DNA from: Planctomycetota bacterium
Lineage (GTDB): Bacteria; Planctomycetota; SZUA-567; H5-PLA8
DNA: 47,577 nucleotides
Assembly: GCA_045863855.1 (NCBI GenBank)
Contig: BTVV01000041.1
Coordinates: forward strand, 1-47,577
Direction: 5' to 3'
Every line of letters starts with the position of its first letter. Position 1 is the stretch's first letter. Below the pieces are notes generated by a model. That model searched no databases and was not told where the DNA came from. It worked only from the letters and a program-made list of their open reading frames with translations. The translations under genes were made by a program, and so were the position numbers. Below are positions 1 through 8,838 of the stretch, piece after piece.

Positions 1-67
1 CCAGCGCGCACAGCGAGAGCGCCTTTTTTTTAAGCCGTGCGACTTCCTTGTGGAAATACTGCGCCAT
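1..67 (-). CDS. phoU: PhoU phosphate signalling protein, 5' fragment (runs off the window start)
   Basis: Not in the ORF track. Minus strand from ATG at 67 reads MAQYFHKEVARLKKKALSLCAL..., a typical PhoU N-terminus. An AGGAGA RBS lies upstream, and the gene directly follows pstB. Confidence 0.75.
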   Translation of the reverse strand, partial: MAQYFHKEVARLKKKALSLCAL

Positions 68-109
68 GGCGGTTTCTCCTATACGAGCGCGCGCGTACGG
101 CCGGGCCGG

Positions 110-1003
110 CTAACCGAAACGGCCCGTGATATAGTCTTCGGTGCGCTTGTCGGAAGGGCGCGAGAAGAGCGTGGTGGTGTCGCGGTACTCGATCAGATCG
201 CCCAGCAGCATGAAGGCCGTGTAGTCGGATACGCGCGAGGCCTGCTGCATGTTGTGGGTCACGATGATGATCGTGTAGCGCTCTTTCAGTTCGACGATCA
301 GGTCTTCGACCTTGCCCGTGCTGATGGGGTCCAGCGCCGAGCACGGCTCGTCCATCAGCAGCACTTCGGGCTCGACGGCCACCGCCCGCGCGATGCACAG
401 GCGCTGCTGCTGCCCGCCCGACAACGCCAAAGCGCTCTCGTTTAAGCGGTCCTTGGCTTCTTCCCAGAGCGCGGCGCCCTTGAGGCTGCGTTCGACGATC
501 TCGTCCAGCCGCGCCTTGTCCTTGATGCCCTGCAGCCGAGGACCGTAGGCGATGTTCTCGTAGATCGACTTGGGGAACGGGTTGGGCTTCTGGAAGACCA
601 TGCCCACGTTCTTGCGCAGTTCGGTCACGTCCAGCGCCGGATCGTAAATGTCGCGCCCGTTGATCTTGATCGAGCCCTCGACGCGGCAGCCTTCCACCAG
701 ATCGTTCATGCGGTTGAAGCAGCGCAGCAGCGTGCTCTTGCCGCAGCCGCTCGGACCGATCATCGCCGTGACCCGCTTTTGGGGATAAACCAGGCTGACG
801 TTCTTGAGCGCCTTCTTCTGGCCGTAAAACAGATCGACGTTCTGTACCTCGACCATGGGCACTTCCGGCGCCGCGTCGGCATCCAGCGACTTGTCCTGCA
901 CGGCGATGCGCAACGGCGAATGACCCGTTGCGGTCTTTTCGGTGGAGCGGCCGGGGACCTCGAGATCGGTCCGTTCGGTATCGGTGGATACGGGGCTGCC
1001 CAT
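110..1003 (-). CDS. pstB: Phosphate ABC transporter ATP-binding protein
   Basis: Walker [46 protein letters not shown], Walker B LLMDEP, C-terminal [10 protein letters not shown]. Confidence 0.97.
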   Translation of the reverse strand: MGSPVSTDTERTDLEVPGRSTEKTATGHSPLRIAVQDKSLDADAAPEVPMVEVQNVDLFYGQKKALKNVSLVYPQKRVTAMIGPSGCGKSTLLRCFNRMNDLVEGCRVEGSIKINGRDIYDPALDVTELRKNVGMVFQKPNPFPKSIYENIAYGPRLQGIKDKARLDEIVERSLKGAALWEEAKDRLNESALALSGGQQQRLCIARAVAVEPEVLLMDEPCSALDPISTGKVEDLIVELKERYTIIIVTHNMQQASRVSDYTAFMLLGDLIEYRDTTTLFSRPSDKRTEDYITGRFG

Positions 1004-1031
1004 GTTCGGTCTCCTGGCTCGGATGCGAGCG

Positions 1032-2684
1032 CTAAATGGCTGCGGTCGCCGCCGAGAACTTCTTTCTCAGCCGGTTGCGGATGAAGATCGCTCCGATGTT
1101 CAACAGCACGATGATGCCCAGCAACAACAGGGTGGTCGTAAAGACCATCGGACGCGCCGCGTCCACGTTGGGCGACTGGAAGCCCACGTCGTATATGTGG
1201 AACCCCAGATGCATGAACTTCCGTTCGAGATGCACGTACGGGAAGTAGCCGTCCAGCGGCAGCGACGGCGCGAGCTTGACGACCCCGGTGATCATCAACG
1301 GCGCCACTTCGCCCGCCGCGCGGGCCATCGCCAGGATCAGTCCCGTCAGGATAGACGGCATCACCGCCGGGAGCACCACGCGGACCGTCGTTTCGAACTT
1401 CGTCGCACCGAGAGCCAGCGAGCCCTCGCGCATGCTGGGCGGGATGGCGGCCAAGCCTTCCTCGGTGGCGACGATGACGACCGGCACCGTCAGCAGCGAA
1501 AGCGTCAGCGACGCCCACAGGATGCCGCCGGTGCCGAAGGTGGGGGTGGGAAGCATTTCGGGAAAGAGCGCCTTGTCCGTGCCCGCGCCCATGAAATAGA
1601 TGAAGAAGCCGACGCCGAAGACCCCGAAGACGATCGAAGGCACGCCGGCAAGATTGTTCACCGCGATCCGCACGATGCTCACCATCGTGCCCTGCTTGGC
1701 GTACTCGCGCAGATAAAATGCCGCCAGCACCCCCAGCGGCGTCACCAGCACGCTCATGATCATCACCATCATCACCGTACCGAAGATCGCCGGGAAGACC
1801 CCGCCCTCGGTGTTCGATTCGCGTGGATCGGCCGCCACGAACTCCCAGACCTTGGCCAGGTAGTAGCCGCACTTCTCCAAGACGCTCATGTGATTGGGCT
1901 TGTCGACGCGCAGAATCTCGGCCAGCGCCATCGTCTTCTCGCGCTCGCCGGACGCCAGCGCCCCCGCAGGCGCCGTAAAGATCACGCTGTACGTCTGCTT
2001 CGCCTTCAACTCGGCGATGCGTTTGGTCAAGTCGGTGTATTTCTGCTGCCAGGAGTCCATTTCTTGGGTCAGCGCGTCCACTTCCGGACCCGTGTCCACG
2101 CCGTCCAAGTGCAGCTTCTTGAGCTTCAACCGCACTTGGTTCTGGTAGTAGTTGATCTCGCCGACCGAATCGCGTTCCAGGCTCCGGATCTCTTCGCGGA
2201 TCCGTTCGGCTTCCGGCAGCAGCGCCTGGATTTTCGCGAACGCTTCCGCGCCTGTCGCCACCGGCTTGCCGCCGTCTTTCACTTCCTTCACGTACCCGTA
2301 GAAATGGCCCCACTCCATGCGTTCGACCTGCACCGCGTCCCCGGGCAATTCGCGGCTCTTGATCTGGTCCTCGTCGATCCAAAGGAAGTCCATCCCGTAC
2401 AGGTCGCGGTTACCTTGCTTCACTTTGATCCGATGCCGCACCGCATGCTCGGGGTTGTCCGGGTTGGGAATCTCCTCGCGTTCCATCAACGCGCCCAGCA
2501 CCTGCTTCCCGTCGCCAAGATCGAACTTGGTCAGCGCATGCGGCCAGAAATAGCCCAGACCGCTCACGAAGATCAGCGCGATCATGCCAATCACCAGCAG
2601 CAGACTGGCCGCCAGCGCGCCTCCGGTCAGCCAGATGAACGGATCGCCGCTGCGGAGCAGGATATGTTTCCAGTCGCGCTTCAT
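1032..2684 (-). CDS. pstA: Phosphate ABC transporter permease PstA, long form with a periplasmic coiled-coil insertion
   Basis: [35 protein letters not shown]-like loop [24 protein letters not shown]. Overlaps the pstC stop by 4 nt. Confidence 0.95.
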   Translation of the reverse strand: MKRDWKHILLRSGDPFIWLTGGALAASLLLVIGMIALIFVSGLGYFWPHALTKFDLGDGKQVLGALMEREEIPNPDNPEHAVRHRIKVKQGNRDLYGMDFLWIDEDQIKSRELPGDAVQVERMEWGHFYGYVKEVKDGGKPVATGAEAFAKIQALLPEAERIREEIRSLERDSVGEINYYQNQVRLKLKKLHLDGVDTGPEVDALTQEMDSWQQKYTDLTKRIAELKAKQTYSVIFTAPAGALASGEREKTMALAEILRVDKPNHMSVLEKCGYYLAKVWEFVAADPRESNTEGGVFPAIFGTVMMVMIMSVLVTPLGVLAAFYLREYAKQGTMVSIVRIAVNNLAGVPSIVFGVFGVGFFIYFMGAGTDKALFPEMLPTPTFGTGGILWASLTLSLLTVPVVIVATEEGLAAIPPSMREGSLALGATKFETTVRVVLPAVMPSILTGLILAMARAAGEVAPLMITGVVKLAPSLPLDGYFPYVHLERKFMHLGFHIYDVGFQSPNVDAARPMVFTTTLLLLGIIVLLNIGAIFIRNRLRKKFSAATAAI

Positions 2685-5014
2685 AGGACGCGGTACTTTC
2701 TGCGCAGGCGCAGGCGGATCATTTCCGCCAAGGTGTTCACGGAGAAGGTCATGAAAAAGAGCAACAGGGCGCCCAGGAAGAGCGTGCGGTAATGCGTGCT
2801 GCCTTCGGGCGCTTCGGGCAGTTCGACCGCGATGTTCGCCGAAAGCGCGCGGAAGCCGCTGAACATCGACATATCCATGACCGGCGTGTTACCGGTGGCC
2901 ATCAGCACGATCATCGTCTCGCCCACCGCGCGCCCGAAGCCGATCATGATCGCCGAGAAGATGCCAGGGCTGGCCGTGGGGAGAATCACCAGCACCGCGG
3001 CCTGCCAAGGGGTTGATCCAAGCGCCAGCGCGCCTGCCTTTAGGTGTTGAGGTACGTTGGATATCGAGTCTTCGGCAATGGTGAAGATGATCGGGATGAC
3101 CGCCACCCCCATGGCCAGACCCACGACCAGCGAGTTGCGCTGGTCGTACTTGATCTTCCACTCGTCGCGCAGCCAGTTGCGGTAGTCCCCGCCGAAAAGA
3201 CCGGTGTTCACGAACTCCCCCAGTTGCAGCGAGAGCCAGCCGCCCAACAGCACGATCGGAAGCAGCAGGTACACCTCATGGCCTTTGGGCATGCGGTGCC
3301 GGATTTTGTCGGGCAGGAATTCCCATACGAAGAGCGCGCCCAGGATGGTGGCCGGCGTCACGAGGATGGTCATGAATACGCCCGGCGCGACCGCTTCCAC
3401 CTTGGGCGCCAGCCAAAGACCCGCCAGAAATCCCAGCACCACGCTGGGCAGTGCGGCCATGATCTCCACCGTCGGCTTGACCCAGGTGCGCAGATTCGGG
3501 TGCATGAACTGCGATACGTACAGCGCGCTGAGCAAGGCAAGCGGAATCGCGAACAGCAGCGCGTAGAACGTGCCCTTGATGGTTCCCACGATCAGCGGCG
3601 TGAGCCCGAACTTCGATTCGAATTCGTCGCTGCCGCCCGTCGACTGCCAGACGTGCTCGGGCCGCTCGTACCCTTCGTACCAAACCTGCCCGAACAGGCT
3701 GCCCAGCGTCGATTCCGGATGCTCGTTATGGAGCGACCACGTTTGCACACGTCCGTCTTGGCCCGCGGCCACGATCGCGTCGCCCTTGGGGCTGAGCGCC
3801 ACCGAACTCAGATCGCCGACGTCGGCCTTAAGGTCCAGTTGCGTCGCGCCGGTCGTCGAATAATGCAGCAGCACATGGCCCGTGACATCGGCCGTCAGGA
3901 AGCCTTTGTTGCGGCGTGAACGAGAGAAGGAATTCGGCTTCCCGCCGTGGGGTTTGAAGGAACGGATGAGCGTCAGTTCGCGCGTGTTGTCCGGCTGCCG
4001 AAGATTCTGCCACGCCTGCACCGTTCCGTCCTCGGTGGCCGTGACCAGCGTCGTCCCGCCCAGCAGGATGCCCAGTTCGCGAATCGCCCCGTGTTCCTTG
4101 CCCAGATCCACGCGGCTGGAGATGGCCGCCGCTTCGGGCTTGCGCAGATCGATGGCGATGAACTCGCCGCCCTCCGTCCCCGCGTACAGGTAATCGCCCG
4201 TCTCGCTGAAAACCATCGCGTTGGTCTGCCCGTCCAGCTTCAAGGGCAGGCGCAACTGTTCGAGCGTGGTGTCTTTGGCGTCGTCTTCCGACGCGAACAT
4301 CCCGCCGCCGGTGCTCTCGACCGTCCGCAGCAGGATCAGTTCGCCCGTATCCATCGCCGCGGCATGGAACGCCCGTTCGCCATCGTACAAGTACGCCAAA
4401 GCGCGAATGGTCGAGGTCGCGGGCACATCCTTCAGTTGAACGGCGGCGTGCGGTTCGACCTTCGGAACGATGATGCGCGGTCCATCGGCGCCTTTCGGAA
4501 ACGTGGCCCGGAACGAAAAATCGAGTGGGAGAATGCGGCGGTCCGAAAGCGCCAGCGTCCGGCTCCCATGCATCAGATCCGAATACGCCACCACCCGCGC
4601 TTCGCCCAGCGGCAATGACGGCTGTTCGGCCGCCGGCTTGCCGTCGCTGAGGCGAAAAAGGTACACCCCCTTCGCATGCACAAAATAGCCGGAATCGAGG
4701 TACTCGTCGCAATCCACGCACATCACGCCCTCGACCCCGGCCGTCGCGTACGCGGCCTGAGGCTGCGCCGAAGCGCCCTTAAAGAGCGGAATGGTTTCGT
4801 GCAGGATCACGATCAGAATGGCCAGAATGCAGAAGATGATCGCCGCGCCGCCAAAGCTGACCACGACCCGGGAGAGCACATCGATGTGGCGGCGCCGGGC
4901 GGCGCGCGCTTGATTGGCATGAAGCGGATTCGGAATCTCGCCCGCGGACCGCAGCCCGACCGTTCCCGCGGCGCCCTTCGTCGATGTATCCGGCTTCTGG
5001 GTGGGTACGCTCAT
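2681..5014 (-). CDS. pstC: Phosphate ABC transporter permease PstC with a large periplasmic beta-propeller-like domain
   Basis: KPTVEIMAALPSVVLGF, ALALGSTPWQ, GRAVGETMIVLMATGN. WD40-like segments (VALSPKGDAIVAAGQDGRVQTW). Start reassigned to ATG at 5014 (MSVPTQKP); the ORF-track extension overlaps an intergenic hairpin. Confidence 0.9.
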   Translation of the reverse strand: MSVPTQKPDTSTKGAAGTVGLRSAGEIPNPLHANQARAARRRHIDVLSRVVVSFGGAAIIFCILAILIVILHETIPLFKGASAQPQAAYATAGVEGVMCVDCDEYLDSGYFVHAKGVYLFRLSDGKPAAEQPSLPLGEARVVAYSDLMHGSRTLALSDRRILPLDFSFRATFPKGADGPRIIVPKVEPHAAVQLKDVPATSTIRALAYLYDGERAFHAAAMDTGELILLRTVESTGGGMFASEDDAKDTTLEQLRLPLKLDGQTNAMVFSETGDYLYAGTEGGEFIAIDLRKPEAAAISSRVDLGKEHGAIRELGILLGGTTLVTATEDGTVQAWQNLRQPDNTRELTLIRSFKPHGGKPNSFSRSRRNKGFLTADVTGHVLLHYSTTGATQLDLKADVGDLSSVALSPKGDAIVAAGQDGRVQTWSLHNEHPESTLGSLFGQVWYEGYERPEHVWQSTGGSDEFESKFGLTPLIVGTIKGTFYALLFAIPLALLSALYVSQFMHPNLRTWVKPTVEIMAALPSVVLGFLAGLWLAPKVEAVAPGVFMTILVTPATILGALFVWEFLPDKIRHRMPKGHEVYLLLPIVLLGGWLSLQLGEFVNTGLFGGDYRNWLRDEWKIKYDQRNSLVVGLAMGVAVIPIIFTIAEDSISNVPQHLKAGALALGSTPWQAAVLVILPTASPGIFSAIMIGFGRAVGETMIVLMATGNTPVMDMSMFSGFRALSANIAVELPEAPEGSTHYRTLFLGALLLFFMTFSVNTLAEMIRLRLRRKYRVL

Positions 5015-5083
5015 GGCCGCGATTTTCTCAGGCAAGGGGTGCAATACTGGAGACGTCCAACACCGAGTACGGATGAAAGAGGA

Positions 5084-5136
5084 CAGGGGCTTCCCCCTTC
5101 CCGGCTCGCGGGAGCGGGGTCGGGGGAAGGCCCCTG
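5084..5136. repeat. GC-rich intergenic inverted repeat (REP-like) between pstS and pstC
   Basis: CAGGGGCTTCCCCC (5084-5097) pairs with GGGGGAAGGCCCCTG (5122-5136) with a one-base bulge, around an inner TTCCCG...CGGGAG stem. Confidence 0.7.
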
Positions 5137-5149
5137 GCAAAACGGAAGC

Positions 5150-6127
5150 TTAGTCTTCGAGCTTCTTCAGTTCGGCTTCGGCAATCTTGGCGGGAATGGG
5201 GAAGTAACCGTCCTTCACCACCACCTCCTGGCCTTCCTTGCCGAGGACCAGCTTCAGATATTCCTTCGTCAGCGGATCGAGCGGCTTGCCCGGAGCCTTG
5301 TTGATATAGATGAGCAGGAAGCGCGCCAGCGGGAACTTGCCGGCGTAGCAGTTCTCGGCCGTAGCCTCGACGAACTCTTCGCCATCCTTCTTCGACAGCG
5401 GTACCGCGCGCACGCCGGCCGTCATGTAGCCGATGCCGCTGTAACCGGCGCCGAACTTATCGACCGTCACGCCCTGAACCACCGCGGCCGAACCCGGCTG
5501 TTCCTTCACTTCGTCCTTGAAGTCGCCCTTGAAGAGCGCTTCGTCCTTGAAGAAGCCGTACGTACCGGACGCGCTGTTGCGGCCGTAGAGGCTGATCGGG
5601 CGGTCCTTCCAGTCGCCTTCCAGGCCCACCTGGCCCCATGTGGTGAGGTCCGCGGCCGCGCCGCCCTTGCGGGTCTTGCTGAATATCGCATCCACCTGCG
5701 GCAGGCTCAACCCCTTCACCGGATTGTCTTTATTCACGAATACCGCCAAGGCGTCGACCGCCACGCGAATTTCCGTCGGCTTGTAGCCGAACTTCTTCTC
5801 GAAGTCGTCCTTCTCCTTGCTCTTCATGTGCCGGCTCATCGGGCCAAGCTGAGCCGTACCCTCGATCAGCGCCGGCGGCGCCGTCGAAGAGCCTTTGCCT
5901 TCGATCTGAATGTTCACGTTGGGATAGAAGCTCTTGAACTTCTCCGCCCACAACGTCATCAGGTTGTTCAGCGTGTCCGAACCGATGCTGCTGCAGTTCC
6001 CGCTGACCCCCGACGTCGCCTTGTACTCGGGCAGCGCCGCATCGACTTCCACCGCCGCATCCACACGAGCACCGGTTACCACCACGGCCAACAAAGCCGT
6101 TACTACCAAAGACCCCAAGCGAAGCAT
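5150..6127 (-). CDS. pstS: Phosphate ABC transporter substrate-binding protein
   Basis: Signal peptide, [42 protein letters not shown] at 6127 has an AAGGAG RBS. Confidence 0.95.
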   Translation of the reverse strand: MLRLGSLVVTALLAVVVTGARVDAAVEVDAALPEYKATSGVSGNCSSIGSDTLNNLMTLWAEKFKSFYPNVNIQIEGKGSSTAPPALIEGTAQLGPMSRHMKSKEKDDFEKKFGYKPTEIRVAVDALAVFVNKDNPVKGLSLPQVDAIFSKTRKGGAAADLTTWGQVGLEGDWKDRPISLYGRNSASGTYGFFKDEALFKGDFKDEVKEQPGSAAVVQGVTVDKFGAGYSGIGYMTAGVRAVPLSKKDGEEFVEATAENCYAGKFPLARFLLIYINKAPGKPLDPLTKEYLKLVLGKEGQEVVVKDGYFPIPAKIAEAELKKLED

Positions 6128-6190
6128 GCTGGTTCTCCTTTTTTGATCCCGAGTTTTCACTCTTCGCGGGGTTATGAATACGGGGAGATC

Positions 6191-6219
6191 GTAAAGACAA
6201 TATGAAGGGCAAGTGTTTA
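6191..6219 (-). promoter_or_regulatory. Candidate PHO box upstream of pstS
   Basis: Minus strand TAAACAC-TTGC-CCTTCAT-ATTG-TCTTTAC: three GTCAY-like half sites at an 11-bp period, followed 10 nt later by TATTCA(T). Confidence 0.5.
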
Positions 6220-6392
6220 ACGCAGAAACTTCCCGTACGTGCGCGTTTATACTGCAACCTATTTAGACACTTATGGTTATAGAGTGGGTGTGGCGGCAAA
6301 AAGAGTCTTATCGAGAGCCGGCCGGCCGATCCATTTATAAAGAACAGAACTTGGTTGTGTAAAGCTCGATCACCGCAGAGGCCGGGTGGCCG

Positions 6393-8513
6393 TTATCCCG
6401 GCAGCATGTTGTGCCCGTCGATCCGCAAGGTGCCCCAGGCAATCAGCTTCCAAACCACCGTGGCAATCGCTTCGCCGACCACGATCCCGATGAAGAAGCG
6501 CTTCCCGCTCAAGTATGCCCGGCTGCCGCCGTACTTGAGCATCGCTCCTTTCACACCCCAACCCAGCAGGAAGGAGAACCAGAGACACAAGTTCGGATAC
6601 GGACCCATCCACATCGCCAGTCCGATCGGATGCGGGAACCAGAATACGTAGGTTCTCAGGACCAGGCTGGCGATCATAAAAAACGCGCCGAAGCCCATCC
6701 ACCCCAGCCGGCCGCTATCGACGCGCGCCACCTGAGGGACTTCTTCGCGCGGGATCGGCCGTCCGGAAGCCTCGGCCTCCTTCATTTTCGCTTCGTACGC
6801 GCCTACCTTCGTCACGGTGCCCGCCATCGCGCGGTATTCGTTGACCGGATGACTCGTGAAACGCCACGTCATCTGCTGCGCGCCGCCGGGGTTCGTGTAC
6901 GCGGTATGCAGGAAGGAGAAAAAGCTGACGCCCAACGAGAGCACCACCGCCGCCGCCATACCCACGGTGACGCCGCGGCGCGTGAGACCCGTCCGAGTCG
7001 CCAAGTGCAGCCCGTTCATGATCCCGGGCATGAAGACCACCCGGAACCAGTCGGCGACCATCGTGCGATTCCAGATCTCGAGTTTCACGTAATTGGATGC
7101 GCCAAGGACGTGCGGCGTCACCGCGGCGTTCAGCACGTGCGAGGGAAAAATGCTCATCTGCATGAAGAAGAGCCCGCCCTCGCAAGAAAGCCGCGAGAGC
7201 CCCACCATCGCGATCAGCATCAGCGCCAGCAGCGCCACGGCCCAGATGAAATCGATCCCGCTCAGCGTCATCCAGACCAGCGATCCGGCCGTGCAGAAGA
7301 GCAGCACGCCCCAGAGCGTGCGCGGGTGGAACTCGTGCGGCTCGGTTTGCGCCGGAGCCATACCGATCGCAGCCTTGAACGACGAGCCCAGCTCGCGCCG
7401 CGCCATCCAGAAGGCCGCCAGAGCCAAGGCGTAGCAGGCGCCCGTACCTTGCGCCACAAACGGTCCGTTCCAGTACTCGGCCTGCCCGGCCATCAGCCCT
7501 GCGCGCGTCGCCACGAAGGCGCAAAGCCGCTGCACGAGAAAATAGAACCACAAGCTGAACGACACCTCCAGCGGGAGCAGGTACGTCAAGCCGATCACCG
7601 AAGGGTAAATGTGCGTCCACAGCGGCAGGAAGCCGTTCCACGGCGGTTCGATCAGATACTCGGTGAGTTGTGCGCCCTGCGGAATCTTCGGCACCGCAGG
7701 GAAATAATCGGCCAGATTGTTCCAGGAATGGAAAGCCAGCGTGATCCCGATGCCCCACAGCGCCATGCGGTCCTTCAGAAACGGTTTCTGCTCGCCCCCC
7801 AATGCGCCCTGCAGCATGTCTTCGGGCAGTTGAGCCAGCGGAAAAGCGAGCTGTTCGCGTTCCGACCACTGCTTGCGCAGCAGTCCCGAAAGCGCGAAGA
7901 GGATCCCGAAGATCATCAGCAGCGCCGCGCACCAGATCAGGTACGGCTGCACCCACGGGCCCCAGGGAATCGATGCCTCCGGCGGAAGTCCCGTATAGAA
8001 CCATTCCACCGGCCTCACCGTCTCGGTGTCGTGCGGCGACCAGGCCGGCGGCACATGCGTCAGAACCGTCTGCTTAAACGTATCCGTGGGGCTGTCGTAG
8101 AAAGAGCCCCCGGTCACCTGCCCCACCCAAAACGCCCAGAACCCGTTTCCGGGCAGCGCCGTCACCAGCATGCCCATGCAGAAAACGAGCACCAGATCCT
8201 GAATGGTCAGACCCAATGCCGTACGGAAAGTCGAAAGCGTAAATCCGATCAAGCCCAGCAACAGGACCATGAAGAAGATCGCACTGGCCGGGAACATGTT
8301 GTTCGAGAAGAGCGTTCCGCGCAGCACAAAGTCGAAGTACGGGATACTCAGGCTGATCAGGACGACGGTTGCGAACCCGATGGCCCAACCGCGCCACGTG
8401 GCGCCCACGGTTTGACCGCCCGCGCTCAAATCGGCGGTCTCTAAACCGCCGAACCGCCGCCCCATCCTGAACGCGGAAGCGCCTTCGGAAGTCGATTCCC
8501 CGTCTTGCGCCAT
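6393..8513 (-). CDS. Polytopic membrane protein, DUF6785/DUF6784-like (putative transporter)
   Basis: Many hydrophobic helices and motifs LRKQWSEREQLAFPLAQLP, IGLTYLLPLEVSFSLWF, WFPHPIG, KYGGSRAY..GKRFFIGIVVGE. Start uncertain (8513 or 8465). Confidence 0.65.
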   Translation of the reverse strand: MAQDGESTSEGASAFRMGRRFGGLETADLSAGGQTVGATWRGWAIGFATVVLISLSIPYFDFVLRGTLFSNNMFPASAIFFMVLLLGLIGFTLSTFRTALGLTIQDLVLVFCMGMLVTALPGNGFWAFWVGQVTGGSFYDSPTDTFKQTVLTHVPPAWSPHDTETVRPVEWFYTGLPPEASIPWGPWVQPYLIWCAALLMIFGILFALSGLLRKQWSEREQLAFPLAQLPEDMLQGALGGEQKPFLKDRMALWGIGITLAFHSWNNLADYFPAVPKIPQGAQLTEYLIEPPWNGFLPLWTHIYPSVIGLTYLLPLEVSFSLWFYFLVQRLCAFVATRAGLMAGQAEYWNGPFVAQGTGACYALALAAFWMARRELGSSFKAAIGMAPAQTEPHEFHPRTLWGVLLFCTAGSLVWMTLSGIDFIWAVALLALMLIAMVGLSRLSCEGGLFFMQMSIFPSHVLNAAVTPHVLGASNYVKLEIWNRTMVADWFRVVFMPGIMNGLHLATRTGLTRRGVTVGMAAAVVLSLGVSFFSFLHTAYTNPGGAQQMTWRFTSHPVNEYRAMAGTVTKVGAYEAKMKEAEASGRPIPREEVPQVARVDSGRLGWMGFGAFFMIASLVLRTYVFWFPHPIGLAMWMGPYPNLCLWFSFLLGWGVKGAMLKYGGSRAYLSGKRFFIGIVVGEAIATVVWKLIAWGTLRIDGHNMLPG

Positions 8514-8838
8514 CACAAGGTCCCAAGCAGTTAACGGACGAAAACAGCCAGGAAGTACGCTGCTACCTTTATATGCGTCGGTTGGGGGGGCATTCGAGCA
8601 CCAAAGGATCGCCAAAACGCACTGATCGTACATACAACCTCTTTAGGATCAACGGCCTACGAAAATTAGCCCGACTTGCTTAGATTTTTATCATTTATAC
8701 CGAACAACGGAACAAAGAAGGGGTATTAAACCTCGGTGTTAGTAGGTTACCTGTCGAAAGTTCAGCTTCGGCCGGTTGCACCGTGAACCTGGGCGCAGAA
8801 CGGATTTCCAAGACGACCAGACTTGGGGAGAGCTCGCT

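Noticed and set aside
942..8444. Long antisense or alternate-frame ORFs (942-2792, 4676-6205, 6411-8444; likewise 11558-13303, 21104-22936, 36204-37790, 46112-47410)
   Set aside because: They shadow well-supported genes, have Arg/Ala/Gly-rich low-information translations and are expected in high-GC DNA.
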